This document shows positions 11,572-23,108 of a DNA stretch of 64,000 bases, piece after piece. The stretch lies in contig JBHLNZ010000009.1 in assembly GCA_048941015.1 (NCBI GenBank), positions 16,169 to 80,168 of the forward strand. Direction: 5' to 3'. The position numbers and the translations under genes are program-made. The notes under the pieces were generated by a model. It saw only the letters and a program-made list of their open reading frames with translations. It made no database searches and had not been told where the DNA came from. Each line of letters begins with the position of its first letter. The first letter of the stretch is position 1. The DNA is from Promethearchaeota archaeon. Lineage in GTDB: Archaea; Asgardarchaeota; Lokiarchaeia; Sigyniarchaeales; SOKP01.

Positions 11572-11593
11572 ATATATACTTTAACATATATAT
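11572..11593. promoter_or_regulatory. Candidate copper-regulon operator ATATATAC-N6-ATATATAT
   Basis: One arm mismatch to the perfect palindrome at 12862-12883; lies between the regulator and the gene at 11629. Confidence 0.45.
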
Positions 11594-11628
11594 CCCAAAA
11601 TAATAATAAAATAAAAATTGATGAAAAA

Positions 11629-11916
11629 ATGATATTTGATACTTTTTATGATGGAGATTTTCATGTGATGGATTGGTGGTTTAATTTATTTGGACCATAT
11701 TCATGGCTTATTATGGCATTAGGAATGGGGTTTTATATCGCATTAAGCATCATAATTGCCTATTATGTTCATAAAGACGCTATAAGAAGAGGAATTGTTA
11801 ATTCTGAAGTATGGTTAATAATTGCTTTGATTTTTAATGTACTAGGTTTATTACTTTATCTTCTTGTAAGAGGAAATTACAGTAAACGGATTTCAAGTGA
11901 AAAAAGTAAGCAATAA
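11629..11916 (+). CDS. Small membrane protein (PLDc_N-like)
   Basis: YYVHKDAIRRG...W...GLLLYLLVR pattern. Confidence 0.7.
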   Translation: MIFDTFYDGDFHVMDWWFNLFGPYSWLIMALGMGFYIALSIIIAYYVHKDAIRRGIVNSEVWLIIALIFNVLGLLLYLLVRGNYSKRISSEKSKQ

Positions 11917-11936
11917 TAAAAATAGGGGATAAGTTT

Positions 11937-12284
11937 ATGATATTAGATTATAGTCATGATTATATGAATCAAATGATGGATTGGGGTTCAAATGGATGGA
12001 TCATCTTAGTTTTAGGCGGTGCCATTTTTCTTTTATTTATTATAATTCTTTTATATTTTTTGTCTCGAGGACGTAATCATCAAGAGAATTTCCCGAATAA
12101 TAAGCAAGATATAATTTATAATAAGAATGAACTGTTGAACATTCCAAATAGTTATAGCTCTAGACCAGTCAAGGATAATGTAAAAAGTGATTATGATGCT
12201 GTTAATTATTGCCCTGCTTGTGGAGAAAAAATAAATGGAACAGAAGTAAAATTTTGCCCTTTTTGCGGAGCTCGAATTTTATGA
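11937..12284 (+). CDS. Membrane-anchored zinc-ribbon protein
   Basis: His/Met-rich N-terminus, one TM, CPACG...FCPFCG. Confidence 0.75.
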   Translation: MILDYSHDYMNQMMDWGSNGWIILVLGGAIFLLFIIILLYFLSRGRNHQENFPNNKQDIIYNKNELLNIPNSYSSRPVKDNVKSDYDAVNYCPACGEKINGTEVKFCPFCGARIL

Positions 12285-12690
12285 TTAATATCATCAATTA
12301 AATTATTCTTTTTTTATATGTACTTACATTCTGAAGCTAAGACTAGCTAAATTTTAGATTATAAAAAGCCAAAATCTAATAGAGTTTAAAATTAATATTT
12401 TAAAATAAAAATCTCAGAATCCTTAATTTTTTTCCTTCTTGGGATAAAAATAGACATAAAATCCAAAAATAATGCTATTAAATGTTAAAAAAACCCATAA
12501 TATTAATATGAAAAAGAATTCAAAAGTACCCAGTTCAAGACTAAAATAACAACCTATTAAGAACTAATCCCAATTTTTAATTATCCTCCGTTATTAAAAA
12601 AAAAATATTAGGGTAGAGCACATCACACATTGAGTTTCAAATGTATATTCTCTGCATTCTACTATTTCTTAGATTAATATTCGTTATATT

Positions 12691-12813
12691 CTACATTTTA
12701 TCATGCTCGTGCATGTGTTCCATTTCTTTTTTGTGTTCATGTTCATGCATATGTTTCATTTCTTTTTTGTGTTCATGCTCATGCTCACTTTCTTCATTCT
12801 CATGACAATCCAT
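12691..12813 (-). CDS. 40-aa His/Met/Glu-rich peptide, putative metal-binding (not in ORF track)
   Basis: Hand translation MDCHENEESEHEHEHKKEMKHMHEHEHKKEMEHMHEHDKM*; AAGGGA upstream of the ATG; divergent from copB. Confidence 0.75.
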   Translation of the reverse strand: MDCHENEESEHEHEHKKEMKHMHEHEHKKEMEHMHEHDKM

Positions 12814-12861
12814 AAGTTTTCCCTTTTTTTAAATTAAATTCTATTTAATATATATTTCATG

Positions 12862-12883
12862 ATATATACTAATACGTATATAT
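12862..12883. promoter_or_regulatory. Perfect palindrome ATATATAC-N6-GTATATAT, candidate operator
   Basis: Between the peptide gene and copB; near-copy at 11572. Confidence 0.5.
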
Positions 12884-13081
12884 TTAAATGTATTTCTTTA
12901 GTTTAATAACTTCTTTAAATTAGTTTCATAACAGTAAATTCTTTTAAAAAACCTGCTCAAAAACTTAGAAAAGTAATCGAGGAGGTTGGATTGGATTAAA
13001 GGGACTATTGAATTTTAAATATTATGAATTATAAATAAAAAATTTATAATCCTTCTTAAAAAATACTAGATATAAGGGAAT

Positions 13082-15172
13082 TTGATGAAAAGGATGAAAA
13101 TTAATAAAGTTAAAGATAAAAAACAAGATAAAACCAAATTATTATCAGATAAAAAAAGTATAAGAAACGACTCTCATAATACCCATGATATGAGCGAAAT
13201 GGGGCATAAAGGAAAAATAGACCAATCTACTCACCATAGAATGATGATAAAAGATTTTCGGCGAAGATTTTATGTCTCGTTAATCGTTACCATACCGATT
13301 TTGATATTATCTCCTACTATTCAAGGATGGTTAGGATTGAATATCGTTATTCCCGGTGTGGATTTTATTCTACTAGCTATGGCGTCATTCATTTTCTTTT
13401 ATGGTGGATGGCCCTTTCTTAAGGGAATTGTAAATGAGTTAAAGAAAAAGTCACCGGGAATGATGACCTTGATTGCGGTAGCTATTGCAGTAGCATATTT
13501 TTATAGTACAGCTACTATATTTGGATTGGAAGGAGATCCATTTTTTTGGGAATTAGCGACTTTAATTGATATTATGCTTCTTGGGCATTGGATTGAAATG
13601 AAATCCGTTTTAGGAGCTTCTAGAGCTTTAGAAAAATTGGTAGAATTAATGCCATCAACAGCTCATTTAATAAAAGATGAAGAGATCGTTGACGTAGGAC
13701 TTAGTGAACTGAAAAAAGGAGACATAGTTTTAATAAAACCTGGTGAGAAAATACCCTCCGATGGATCGATTATAAAAGGCTCGAGTTTTATAGATGAATC
13801 CATGTTAACGGGAGAATCTGTACCAGTTGAAAAAGAAAATGGAGACTTAGTTATTGGAGGATCGGTGAATGGGGATGGTTCCCTTGAAATTCAAGTAGAA
13901 AGTACAGGAGAAGATTCCTATTTGTCAAAAGTTATCAATTTAGTAAGGGATGCCCAAGCATCCAAATCAAAAACTCAACGACTTGCTGATAAAGCGGCAT
14001 TTTGGCTTACGATTATAGCTCTTACGGTAGGATTCACCACACTTTTTACTTGGTTATCGTTAGGAAAATCTTTTAATTTTTCAATTGAAAGAATGGCAAC
14101 AGTAATGGTTATTACCTGTCCACATGCTCTTGGACTAGCAATTCCTCTAGTTGTTGCAATTTCAACATCAATCTCAGCAAAAAGTGGATTATTGATAAGG
14201 AATCGAACTGCATTTGAAGCTTCTAGAAAAATTACTACTATAGTATTTGATAAAACTGGAACATTAACAAAAGGCACTTTTGGTGTAAATCTTGTTCAAT
14301 CATTTGACAGTGATTATGATGAAGAGAAAATTATTGAAATTGCAGCTTCTTTGGAGCAAAATTCTGAGCATCCAATTGCGAAGGGAATAGTTGAAAAAGC
14401 ACATGTAATGAATCTTACCTTACAACAACCTTCAGATTTTAAAGCTATCAAGGGTAAAGGCGTTGAAGGAAAGATTAATGGAAAACTAGTTAGTGTAATT
14501 AGTCCAAACTATTTAAAAGAACTAGATATAATCATCCCAGAAAACTTGAAGAGAGGCCCTATAGATACTGTGGTATTTATTCTTCTGAGTGAAAATAAAT
14601 TAATTGGTGCTATTAGTCTTTCTGATCAAATCCGTGAAGATTCTTTTGAGGCTATTAAGAATTTAAAATCTATGGGTATTAAATGTTGGATGTTAACTGG
14701 TGATAATAGGAAGACTGCTAAAGCAGTTGCAGAGGAATTAAATCTTGATGGATATTATGCTGAAGTTCTTCCTCATGAAAAGTTAGAAAAAGTTAAAGAG
14801 TTGCAATCTAAAGGTGAATTTGTTGCTATGACTGGTGATGGAATTAATGATGCTCCTGCTTTAGCTCAAGCTGATGTAGGAATTGCAATTGGATCTGGTA
14901 CTGATGTTGCTGCTGAAACGGCAGACATCATTCTAGTAAATAGTAATCCAGAAGATGTAAATTCTCTCATTGGATTTGGAAAAGCAACTTATAGTAAAAT
15001 GATTCAAAACCTAATTTGGGCAACAGGCTATAACATATTTGCAATTCCACTTGCCGCAGGAGTTCTAATTAGTCTCGGAATATTAATTAACCCTGCAATC
15101 GGGGCAATTCTTATGTCTTTAAGTACAATTATCGTTGCAATAAATGCCCGATTTCTAAAGTTAAAGAAATAA
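13082..15172 (+). CDS. copB: Copper-exporting P1B-3 ATPase
   Basis: His-rich N-terminus, TGES, CPH in [21 protein letters not shown] and MSLST. Confidence 0.93.
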   Translation: MMKRMKINKVKDKKQDKTKLLSDKKSIRNDSHNTHDMSEMGHKGKIDQSTHHRMMIKDFRRRFYVSLIVTIPILILSPTIQGWLGLNIVIPGVDFILLAMASFIFFYGGWPFLKGIVNELKKKSPGMMTLIAVAIAVAYFYSTATIFGLEGDPFFWELATLIDIMLLGHWIEMKSVLGASRALEKLVELMPSTAHLIKDEEIVDVGLSELKKGDIVLIKPGEKIPSDGSIIKGSSFIDESMLTGESVPVEKENGDLVIGGSVNGDGSLEIQVESTGEDSYLSKVINLVRDAQASKSKTQRLADKAAFWLTIIALTVGFTTLFTWLSLGKSFNFSIERMATVMVITCPHALGLAIPLVVAISTSISAKSGLLIRNRTAFEASRKITTIVFDKTGTLTKGTFGVNLVQSFDSDYDEEKIIEIAASLEQNSEHPIAKGIVEKAHVMNLTLQQPSDFKAIKGKGVEGKINGKLVSVISPNYLKELDIIIPENLKRGPIDTVVFILLSENKLIGAISLSDQIREDSFEAIKNLKSMGIKCWMLTGDNRKTAKAVAEELNLDGYYAEVLPHEKLEKVKELQSKGEFVAMTGDGINDAPALAQADVGIAIGSGTDVAAETADIILVNSNPEDVNSLIGFGKATYSKMIQNLIWATGYNIFAIPLAAGVLISLGILINPAIGAILMSLSTIIVAINARFLKLKK

Positions 15173-15295
15173 TCAATTTTTTTCCTTAATAATTCTTTAA
15201 ATTTTACTATTAGAAAGCCTTAAATAGTCGAAATTGATATTAATCCCCACAGCAATATCTAATTAAAATATAGCAAGTTAATTTTAATAAGAGAG

Positions 15296-15613
15296 GTGAA
15301 ATCACAAATGGTATATTTCTTAACTGTAATCTACTTTCCCGGAGAGAAGGCAGAACAAATAGGTAAAGTTTTACCAAAATTACCAAAACTTCCCGATTTT
15401 GTTAAACCCCCCCAAATTTTTGCTACAGTTTCTAGTGATAATGGACAAATTAAAGCATATGGAATTTATGAAGTTGATGATAATAAATCTCATGAAGGAT
15501 ACGTTGCAATTGCAAAACGTTTAACGGGCTATTTTGAAATAGAAGGAGTACAATATAAAATAGAACCTTTAATGACGCTACGGGAAGCATTAGCTATCAT
15601 AGGACTCGGATAA
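15296..15613 (+). CDS. Hypothetical protein (likely ATG start at 15308)
   Basis: AGGTGA SD precedes the ATG; ordinary globular composition. Confidence 0.65.
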   Translation: MKSQMVYFLTVIYFPGEKAEQIGKVLPKLPKLPDFVKPPQIFATVSSDNGQIKAYGIYEVDDNKSHEGYVAIAKRLTGYFEIEGVQYKIEPLMTLREALAIIGLG

Positions 15614-15773
15614 AATTTCCATAAATTTTTCATATAAACCATTTAATTAACTTTTTTTTTATAAATTTATTTAATGGTAAGCTCGGTATTATCGGCCTTT
15701 ACCCATAATCCTGAAATTGATAAATCTTCATTATTTTAAAATATAAAAAAATAAAATTTTTACATTTATAACT

Positions 15774-16295
15774 TCAATCTCTTGGTAATATTCCACCAAT
15801 AACTCCTAATATTCCTCCAGCAAGTAATAGATAATTCCCTAGTGATACAGAAGCTCCATATCCCATTGGTCCAATTATTATATTGAGGGGAAATCCACCT
15901 AAAGTTTCACTTGAAAATGGAGCAATATAATCTATAACATTTGGAGGAACATTGAAAGGACCAGAGATAATAGCAAGTGCCATCGCGATCGGCATAATAG
16001 CTCCAATTATAGGAATTACTCGGTTTTTTACACCGAGTAAGATTAGAATACCCGAAAATAGAAAGAATATAAGACATCCTCCTACAATATAAAGAACAAA
16101 GCCAGGTACTCCTGATCCCCAACTAGCAGCAATAGATTCTGCATTTGCAAATGTTTCTGGTAAACTCATAATGATCCCTATACCATGCCCATAGTAAAGA
16201 GTGCCAGTTATATCAACTACAAACCACGCAAAGACAAAGGTTGCAAGTAGAGTTATAATTCCACCTATTAAACTTAAAAGTTTTCCTAATTCCAT
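15774..16295 (-). CDS. Hypothetical 4-TM membrane protein
   Basis: AGGTGA SD 7 nt before ATG; hydrophobic helices. Confidence 0.7.
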   Translation of the reverse strand: MELGKLLSLIGGIITLLATFVFAWFVVDITGTLYYGHGIGIIMSLPETFANAESIAASWGSGVPGFVLYIVGGCLIFFLFSGILILLGVKNRVIPIIGAIMPIAMALAIISGPFNVPPNVIDYIAPFSSETLGGFPLNIIIGPMGYGASVSLGNYLLLAGGILGVIGGILPRD

Positions 16296-16452
16296 TCTTG
16301 TTTCACCTATTCTTTTTACATTTAATTAAATAACAGGTGTTATATTACACCTTAAAATATTTACTTAATAAACTTTCTTTTTTTAATTTATTATCCAATA
16401 TATTCAGCAATAATTAACTATAAATAAATGATAAAAGAATATTGTTATAATT

Positions 16453-18018
16453 ATGAGTGAAATTCAAGAACAATCCGAATCTACTACGGAATTTCGACTA
16501 TCAAAAAAGAAATTTCTATTTAATTTAATAAAATTAATTCCAAAGATGAGAAGGATAAGGAAACGGGTTGAAAGAATTCTAAGTGATACTAAAGTACCAA
16601 CTCTTGACGTTAAAGCTCCTTCTGCAGAGACTATTCAGAAAGATTTAGAAGATATTTGTAAAGTTCCACATCGAAGAATTGGCACTAATGAAGCTCATCA
16701 AATTGAAGATTTTTTATTAAGCAAATTAAAAGAATTTGGTTTAGAATCCTTAAAAAAAGAACCTATTGATGTAATTAATTGGACTGCTTCAAAATGGAAA
16801 TTGCTTGTATCATCAAACGGAAACCAGATTGAAATTCCCTGCTTTTATGTTCTTAACACTGGTTTTACAAATGGTGAAGGGATAACAGCACCTTTAGTTT
16901 ATGTTGGTACTGGTCAAATAAAGGATTTTAAGGGAGTTGATGTTCAAGGTAAGATTGTTGTGGCTGACATTGAATGTCCAACTTTACCTTTAGGAAAATT
17001 GATAAAGTTAGCAAAACTGTATTATGTTTCTGATCCATCAAACTCAATTGATACAACTACTAAACTTATATTGACCTTTGTGTTGTCGAATATGCCTCCA
17101 CAGGCTTTAGGTGGGAAAAGAAGGGAAGATTCGGTTTATTGGCGGGCATTTGATAGAGGTGCTCTAGGTTTAATATTGATTTTAAGGGATTATCCGTCAA
17201 ATATTAATAGCCACTGGGGGCCATATGATGGTGTTATGAAACCGATTCCTGCATTATATGTTGGCAAATATGATGGAATTAAAGTTCGAGAATTAACTCA
17301 AGAAAACAGCTCTCTTGGTACAATTATTCTCGAAGGAGTTCAAGAACCTGCTATAGCACATAATATATGGGGTATCTTACCTGGAAGATCAGAAGAAATG
17401 ATTATGATCTCCAGTCATCATGATTCAGCATTCAAGGGTGCTTCTGAAGATGGTACTGGAGTCGCGATGGTCTTAGCTCAATTAAGAGCATGGTCAAAAG
17501 TTCCAAAAAATGATCGTCCAAGATCGTTATTATTTTGCTTATCTGCAGGACATCTATATGGTGGAATAGGCGCCGAAGCATTTGCCCGTAAATATAAAAA
17601 CAGCTTCTTGAAAGACGTACTTGTAGACGTCAACTTAGAACATATGTGTGCAAAAGAAGTCGAAGAAGATCCTGAAACTCACAATTTTAAGTTTACAAAT
17701 AATTTAGCAATGGGAGCGGTATTTCTTTCACAAAATGAAAATTTAGTAGCACCCGTAGTTAAAGTTTGTAAGGATTACAATATAGACAGAATGATGTTAA
17801 TTCCGGATAACTTTTTTGCAACACCTCCAATCGGAGAAGCAGGGCATTTTGTAACGCAAGCAGATTTAAAAGTAATTCATTGGATTAGATCTCCCTATTA
17901 TTTATTGACCGCAGAAGATACACTGGATAAAATTAATATGGATAAACTTAATTCTACTGCCCAATGTATCACTGAATTAATTAATTTACTAATGATTCTT
18001 CCAAAAGAAAAATTTTAA
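16453..18018 (+). CDS. M28-family metallopeptidase with PA domain
   Basis: HRRIGT, APLVYVG..VQGKIVV (PA domain), SSHHDS, GASEDGTG. Confidence 0.8.
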   Translation: MSEIQEQSESTTEFRLSKKKFLFNLIKLIPKMRRIRKRVERILSDTKVPTLDVKAPSAETIQKDLEDICKVPHRRIGTNEAHQIEDFLLSKLKEFGLESLKKEPIDVINWTASKWKLLVSSNGNQIEIPCFYVLNTGFTNGEGITAPLVYVGTGQIKDFKGVDVQGKIVVADIECPTLPLGKLIKLAKLYYVSDPSNSIDTTTKLILTFVLSNMPPQALGGKRREDSVYWRAFDRGALGLILILRDYPSNINSHWGPYDGVMKPIPALYVGKYDGIKVRELTQENSSLGTIILEGVQEPAIAHNIWGILPGRSEEMIMISSHHDSAFKGASEDGTGVAMVLAQLRAWSKVPKNDRPRSLLFCLSAGHLYGGIGAEAFARKYKNSFLKDVLVDVNLEHMCAKEVEEDPETHNFKFTNNLAMGAVFLSQNENLVAPVVKVCKDYNIDRMMLIPDNFFATPPIGEAGHFVTQADLKVIHWIRSPYYLLTAEDTLDKINMDKLNSTAQCITELINLLMILPKEKF

Positions 18019-18092
18019 TAGAAATTTTCAAGACATAAAGGTTTTAAATTGATTTTGATTAGTAATAAATATTTTTATTACAATGAGAAATT

Positions 18093-19337
18093 ATGAGTAA
18101 ATATTTCAAGAGATCTAATATTATATATTCAATTTCTATATGTATTTTGTTTATTCTGACCCTTCAATATTTTATTTCTTTTAGAAATTCAAATTTGGCA
18201 AGCCTAGAAAACAATTTGAAATTAAACGTATCAGAACCTGATTATTGGCCAACATCGGGTTGGATAACTTCCTTACCAGAGACTCAGGATATGTCTTCAA
18301 AAAAATTGGAAGCAATGGAGAATTATATAGAAAATCAGAACATAGATCATTATATTGATTCCTTATTAATTATAAGGAATGGATATCTTGTATATGAATC
18401 ATATCCTTCAGATATGTATGACGCGAATGATCGTCATCATATTTATTCATGTACGAAAGTATTTACTTCAGCTCTTATTGGCATTGCCCTAAATGAAGGT
18501 TATATTACTGGGATTAATGATTTTGTCATTGATTATTTCCCAAATAAAACGTTTGATAACATGGATTCTCGAAAGGAAGCAATAACGATTAAACATTTAT
18601 TAACTATGACTTCCGGATTAGAATGGACAGATGATATCAATTACTATCTGTTGGCTCACTCTACTGATTGGGTTCAATATATTTTGGATCAGCCTATGGT
18701 ATCTGAACCCGGGGAGATATGGAACTATAATACAGGCAATTCTCACTTATTATCAGCCATTATTGACCAAGAAACCCCAAGTGGAACTTCTGCTTATGCT
18801 AAAACAAAAATTTTTGATCCCTTAAATATTACAAATTATTCATGGAATTTAGACTATCTAGGAATTCCAATAGGAGGGACTTTATTATATCTGACCCCAA
18901 GAGACATGGCGAAGTTTGGATTTCTATACCTTCATAAAGGTAATTGGAATGGTACTCAACTTATTCCTTCTAGCTGGGTTGTTGAATCTACTACATCTTC
19001 TGAGGATGTTGACTTTGATAGAGGTCATGGAACTGGATATGGATACAAATGGTGGATCTATAAATGGGCTAATGCTTACACTGCCCGGGGGTCTTTTGAG
19101 CAATATATTGCAGTAATTCCGGATTTTAATTTAGTAGTAGTGTCTACTGGAAATAACTATTTTCAGTTTATCAGATTGTTGGTTAACTATATCCTTCCCT
19201 CTGCTGGTTTTTATCCTAATTTAAACGTTATCTTAATTATTTCCCTTAGTATTGGTTCAGCTGCTTTAGTTGTAGTTATAGGATTCATCTATTATCGCTT
19301 TCGTAAAAAGAGAGTAAAAGAAAATACATCTAACTAA
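18093..19337 (+). CDS. Membrane-anchored serine hydrolase (beta-lactamase/PBP-like family)
   Basis: SCTK (SxxK), HLLTMTSG, WNYNT, TPRDMAKFG; N-terminal signal and C-terminal TM with basic tail. Confidence 0.88.
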   Translation: MSKYFKRSNIIYSISICILFILTLQYFISFRNSNLASLENNLKLNVSEPDYWPTSGWITSLPETQDMSSKKLEAMENYIENQNIDHYIDSLLIIRNGYLVYESYPSDMYDANDRHHIYSCTKVFTSALIGIALNEGYITGINDFVIDYFPNKTFDNMDSRKEAITIKHLLTMTSGLEWTDDINYYLLAHSTDWVQYILDQPMVSEPGEIWNYNTGNSHLLSAIIDQETPSGTSAYAKTKIFDPLNITNYSWNLDYLGIPIGGTLLYLTPRDMAKFGFLYLHKGNWNGTQLIPSSWVVESTTSSEDVDFDRGHGTGYGYKWWIYKWANAYTARGSFEQYIAVIPDFNLVVVSTGNNYFQFIRLLVNYILPSAGFYPNLNVILIISLSIGSAALVVVIGFIYYRFRKKRVKENTSN

Positions 19338-19464
19338 TTAATTTTTTACACTTTTTTTCATGAATATTTATTCGATATTCTTAAATATTCTCAAAAATAA
19401 TTTTATTTAGTTAAGGATAATGAATAATTATTCTAAAAAGAAAAAAATTGAGCTGATATAGAAA

Positions 19465-19656
19465 TTGAGAAGTTATCAAGAAATAATAAAAGGAGATATT
19501 TTTGATAAGAAAGATTCCTACATTGTGAGTGGTAAACATACTAAAATGTGTTGGGGTTGCGAGACTAAACATAAGGAAGGTTACATGGTTAGAGATGTCT
19601 CGAAAATGCGAAGTATTTTCTTCTGCCAAGATTGTTATGACAAATTGAATTCGTAA
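19465..19656 (+). CDS. Small zinc-finger protein
   Basis: CWGC...FCQDC. Confidence 0.6.
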   Translation: MRSYQEIIKGDIFDKKDSYIVSGKHTKMCWGCETKHKEGYMVRDVSKMRSIFFCQDCYDKLNS

Positions 19657-19680
19657 AAAGTTATTTAATTTTAATAAGCA

Positions 19681-21762
19681 TTATATAGTTTCTTTAGCAA
19701 TTTGGGTTTGATGATTTCTTTTTTTGAACGTGAAAATATCCGTAACAAAAGAATCCAAAACCCTCTCATGAGAAATAATAATCATTTGAGATGTATTAAG
19801 GGTATTAAAAATTTCTTGCATTCGATTAACCTGTTGTTGACTGAATCCATCGGTGGGCTCGTCTAATATTAATAAATCTTTTGTTTTAATCTCTTGATAT
19901 CTTTCATTTATTATTTTATTTAATCCCAATCTATAAGCTAAAGAAATCGCACTTTTTTCTCCTCCTGAAAGATCATGAAAAGGCGAGTCATGACCGTTAA
20001 CATTGATTAAAGGTTGAAAATCATCGGGGCGGATCTCAACTTCTATATTTCCTTCCTCGATAAGGATATTAAACCATTCTTTAAAATATAAATTGAAATC
20101 GTTAGCACTAGAAACCATTATTTCTCTTTCAATGTCTCTTAATAATGTTGGGAACTCTTGGATTAGCCAATTTCGTATATCAGTCAAATATACCAGTTTT
20201 TGATTTAATCTTTTTTTAAGTGCTATATTAGATTTTATCTGATCAATTTCTTGTGTCAAAAATTCAATAACTTTCTCTTCAGCACTTAATTTTTTTTCTA
20301 ATTCACTTTTCTCGGAATTGAGTTTATCCACTTTTTCTTCTACGCTTTTTACAGTATCACTAACTTCTTTCTCTAACTTTCTTAAGCTTTGAATATCAGG
20401 GGCTCTAAAAGCACTTAATATCTCCTTTAACTCTTTCTGTAATTTTTCAATTTTTATAGCTAAATCTCTAAGCTGTTGTTTAAGATCTTTTTCTTGTTTC
20501 TTACTTGTTTCAAGTAACTTTTCGTATAATTCTTTTTTTTCTTTATTTATTTTATATTCTTGATAATCATGAAAATCTTCTTCTAATTTATTAATTTCTT
20601 TTGATAATAAATCCAATTCTTTTGAGATTGAATCTTTAGTTATATGTGCTTCATTGAGCTCTTTTCTAAATCTCTCTTCTTCATGAATTTCTTGTCCACA
20701 TAAAGAACATTTTCCTTGTTCTAATAATTTATCAACATCTTTTATTTTTTGCACTATTACAGCTTTATTTTTTTCTTTGCTTGAAATATGTTTTCTTAAT
20801 TCCGAAATTTGCTCGTTAAATTGTTTTTCATTTAATTCTACAGATAATTTTTTAAGTATAATTTTCCCTACATCATTTTCATACATTTTAATATTATTTT
20901 GAACAGTGTCAAGTTCTTTAATACTTTTTTTCCTTAACTCTTGACTTTCTTTGTATAAACTTTCTTTATTCTCTAATTCTATTATTTTTTTTGCGAAATC
21001 TTCTTTTTTCAATCTTGCTTTTATGAGATCTTGTATGGTATTGTCAATTTCTTTTTGTTTGAATTCCCTATTCTTTTTCAAATCATTAATTTTTGATTTT
21101 TGATTTTTTAATTCCATTTCTTTTTCAATGATTAATTCCTCAAGATTTTCAAATTGGTTGAGTCTAAGGCTTATTTCTTTAATTTTATCTCTTAAATAAT
21201 CTGATATAATATTTATATTTCTTAAAGAAATCTCATATTTCTCAATACCAAAAACATCCTTGAGAATTTCAAAGCGAGTATCTGGATTCGCTTCTAAAAT
21301 TTCCTTTACGGATTCTTGAGGTGTGTATACTGTATATCTAAATAAATCGATACTTTTAGCTCTTTCATATCTTGGGATCGAATAATTAAGAATTTCTAAT
21401 ATTTTTCTCCGTAAATCAGTAGCAGCAAATGAAATCTTACTCCCATTTATGGATAATGAACCTTTTGTTTGAGAAATCTGACCTTTACTATTTTTTGAAA
21501 GACCTCTTTCTATCGTATATCGATTCTCATCGATTAAAAAAGTGAGTTTTACAAGAGCTTTATTTTCACCACGTCTTAAAAGGGAATCACCGCTTAAATC
21601 TGCACTTGTTAATATTCCAAATAATGCGAATTCTAATGCTTTCAATACTGAAGATTTACCACTACCAATATCTCCAAAAAAGAGCATTGTTGTTTGAGGA
21701 AAAGGTATTGTTAAGTTTTTGATACTTCTAATATTATTAATTATAATTGATTCTAAAATCAA
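19681..21762 (-). CDS. rad50: DNA double-strand break repair ATPase Rad50
   Basis: Walker A GDIGSGKSS, coiled coil with CSLC zinc hook, LSGGE, LDEPT, ISH. Confidence 0.95.
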   Translation of the reverse strand: MILESIIINNIRSIKNLTIPFPQTTMLFFGDIGSGKSSVLKALEFALFGILTSADLSGDSLLRRGENKALVKLTFLIDENRYTIERGLSKNSKGQISQTKGSLSINGSKISFAATDLRRKILEILNYSIPRYERAKSIDLFRYTVYTPQESVKEILEANPDTRFEILKDVFGIEKYEISLRNINIISDYLRDKIKEISLRLNQFENLEELIIEKEMELKNQKSKINDLKKNREFKQKEIDNTIQDLIKARLKKEDFAKKIIELENKESLYKESQELRKKSIKELDTVQNNIKMYENDVGKIILKKLSVELNEKQFNEQISELRKHISSKEKNKAVIVQKIKDVDKLLEQGKCSLCGQEIHEEERFRKELNEAHITKDSISKELDLLSKEINKLEEDFHDYQEYKINKEKKELYEKLLETSKKQEKDLKQQLRDLAIKIEKLQKELKEILSAFRAPDIQSLRKLEKEVSDTVKSVEEKVDKLNSEKSELEKKLSAEEKVIEFLTQEIDQIKSNIALKKRLNQKLVYLTDIRNWLIQEFPTLLRDIEREIMVSSANDFNLYFKEWFNILIEEGNIEVEIRPDDFQPLINVNGHDSPFHDLSGGEKSAISLAYRLGLNKIINERYQEIKTKDLLILDEPTDGFSQQQVNRMQEIFNTLNTSQMIIISHERVLDSFVTDIFTFKKRNHQTQIAKETI

Positions 21763-21764
21763 AT

Positions 21765-23108
21765 TTACTCCTCCTCGTCAGTTATGTCGAAAGTAGTGAG
21801 AAACTTTTGTATTAAATCATCATTATATTCTTTAACTTTCTGTCCTTCTTCTCTTTCATCACCTAAAGCTTCTAATATTTCGTGAATTCTCGTTTCCATA
21901 ATCTCCTTGGAGATATTTTTAATTTTTGTTTGTTGAGCATGTTCATGAATTAATATCTTCTCTATTTCTTTGTTTGTTTTTCCTACAACAACACTTTTGG
22001 ATCGATATTCTCTTGAAGAAAGTGCATTTTTATTCAATAAAACCTCTATAGCACCCTTCTCAAAAAAATATTGTTTAATCTCATTAGTTTTAATTTCATA
22101 AGCTTTTCCAGAGGATAAGGTACCTTTTATTCTGATGGTAACTATTTTATCCTTAACATTCAAACTTGATATTGATTTTTTAATATGATCAAGAGCTTCT
22201 TTAACATTTTTATTATTACAATCAATCGAAATTGAGCAGATTTCCTTCACTTTAAGTGGAACAAACTTAACGTGTAGATTAGAAATCTTTAGATTCTCAT
22301 CCAAATCTCCAGAAACTAAACAAAAGCCACCATATTGATAGTTTTCAAGTTCTCGAAAATCCGTGGGATACATAGATCCAGGATAAATTACATTATTCTT
22401 CTCAGTAATGTTAAGTGGTTCTTCCTTCTCTCTTAATGTTTCAGGAACAGTTTTATGAAGATGTCCTCCAGCATAATAATCAAAACCTGTAGGCAATAAC
22501 GATTTGGGAGCGGATTCCATATCTCTATATTCCTTAGGTTTTAATTCACTTAATAAAGTATGAAGTACAAAAATTTTGGCCCCTTTTTCACTTTGAAGAT
22601 TATGTCTAATTAAATTATTATAATCCTCTATCTCTAAGCTCCTTTTCCTTGCTCTTAAACCTGTTATCTTTATTTTAGTCTTAGGATCTTCTGTGAATAT
22701 CAATTTTAACTTATCTTGACTGGTTATCTCGCCCTTTGAAACATCATTATATAATTCAGCGGAAACTAAAGGAAGAATCATGGTTTTATTGGAAGGAGAA
22801 AAATCATGGGATCCCATAATTCCATAAACAGGAATGTCATTATCTTTTAATTTTTTCAACTGTCTAACAGATAAGTCAACAATAGGGATACTAGGGTTGC
22901 TAACATCATACAAATCACCGCTTATTATGACAAAGTTGACTTTCTCTTTAATAATTATATCAATTGCTTGTTCAAATACCTCAAAACCCATTTGATTTAG
23001 GGTTTCATTTCGCCATGCTCCTAAATGACAATCTGCTAAATGAGCAAATTTAATCTTCATTTTTTTCCCTTGTTGTTCATCAAATAATTTAGTTTGCTGT
23101 GTTTTCAT
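21765..23108 (-). CDS. mre11: DNA repair nuclease Mre11
   Basis: ADCHLG, SGDLYD, GSHD, GHLH, YPGS phosphoesterase motifs; adjacent to rad50. Confidence 0.94.
   Translation of the reverse strand: MKTQQTKLFDEQQGKKMKIKFAHLADCHLGAWRNETLNQMGFEVFEQAIDIIIKEKVNFVIISGDLYDVSNPSIPIVDLSVRQLKKLKDNDIPVYGIMGSHDFSPSNKTMILPLVSAELYNDVSKGEITSQDKLKLIFTEDPKTKIKITGLRARKRSLEIEDYNNLIRHNLQSEKGAKIFVLHTLLSELKPKEYRDMESAPKSLLPTGFDYYAGGHLHKTVPETLREKEEPLNITEKNNVIYPGSMYPTDFRELENYQYGGFCLVSGDLDENLKISNLHVKFVPLKVKEICSISIDCNNKNVKEALDHIKKSISSLNVKDKIVTIRIKGTLSSGKAYEIKTNEIKQYFFEKGAIEVLLNKNALSSREYRSKSVVVGKTNKEIEKILIHEHAQQTKIKNISKEIMETRIHEILEALGDEREEGQKVKEYNDDLIQKFLTTFDITDEEE

Noticed and set aside
12700-12790. 36-bp tandem repeat as a CRISPR array or satellite
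   Set aside because: It has no spacers and is the in-frame 12-aa repeat of the His-rich peptide.
19411-19629. 72-aa minus-strand ORF
   Set aside because: The opposite-strand ORF 19465-19656 has paired CxxC motifs and is preferred.
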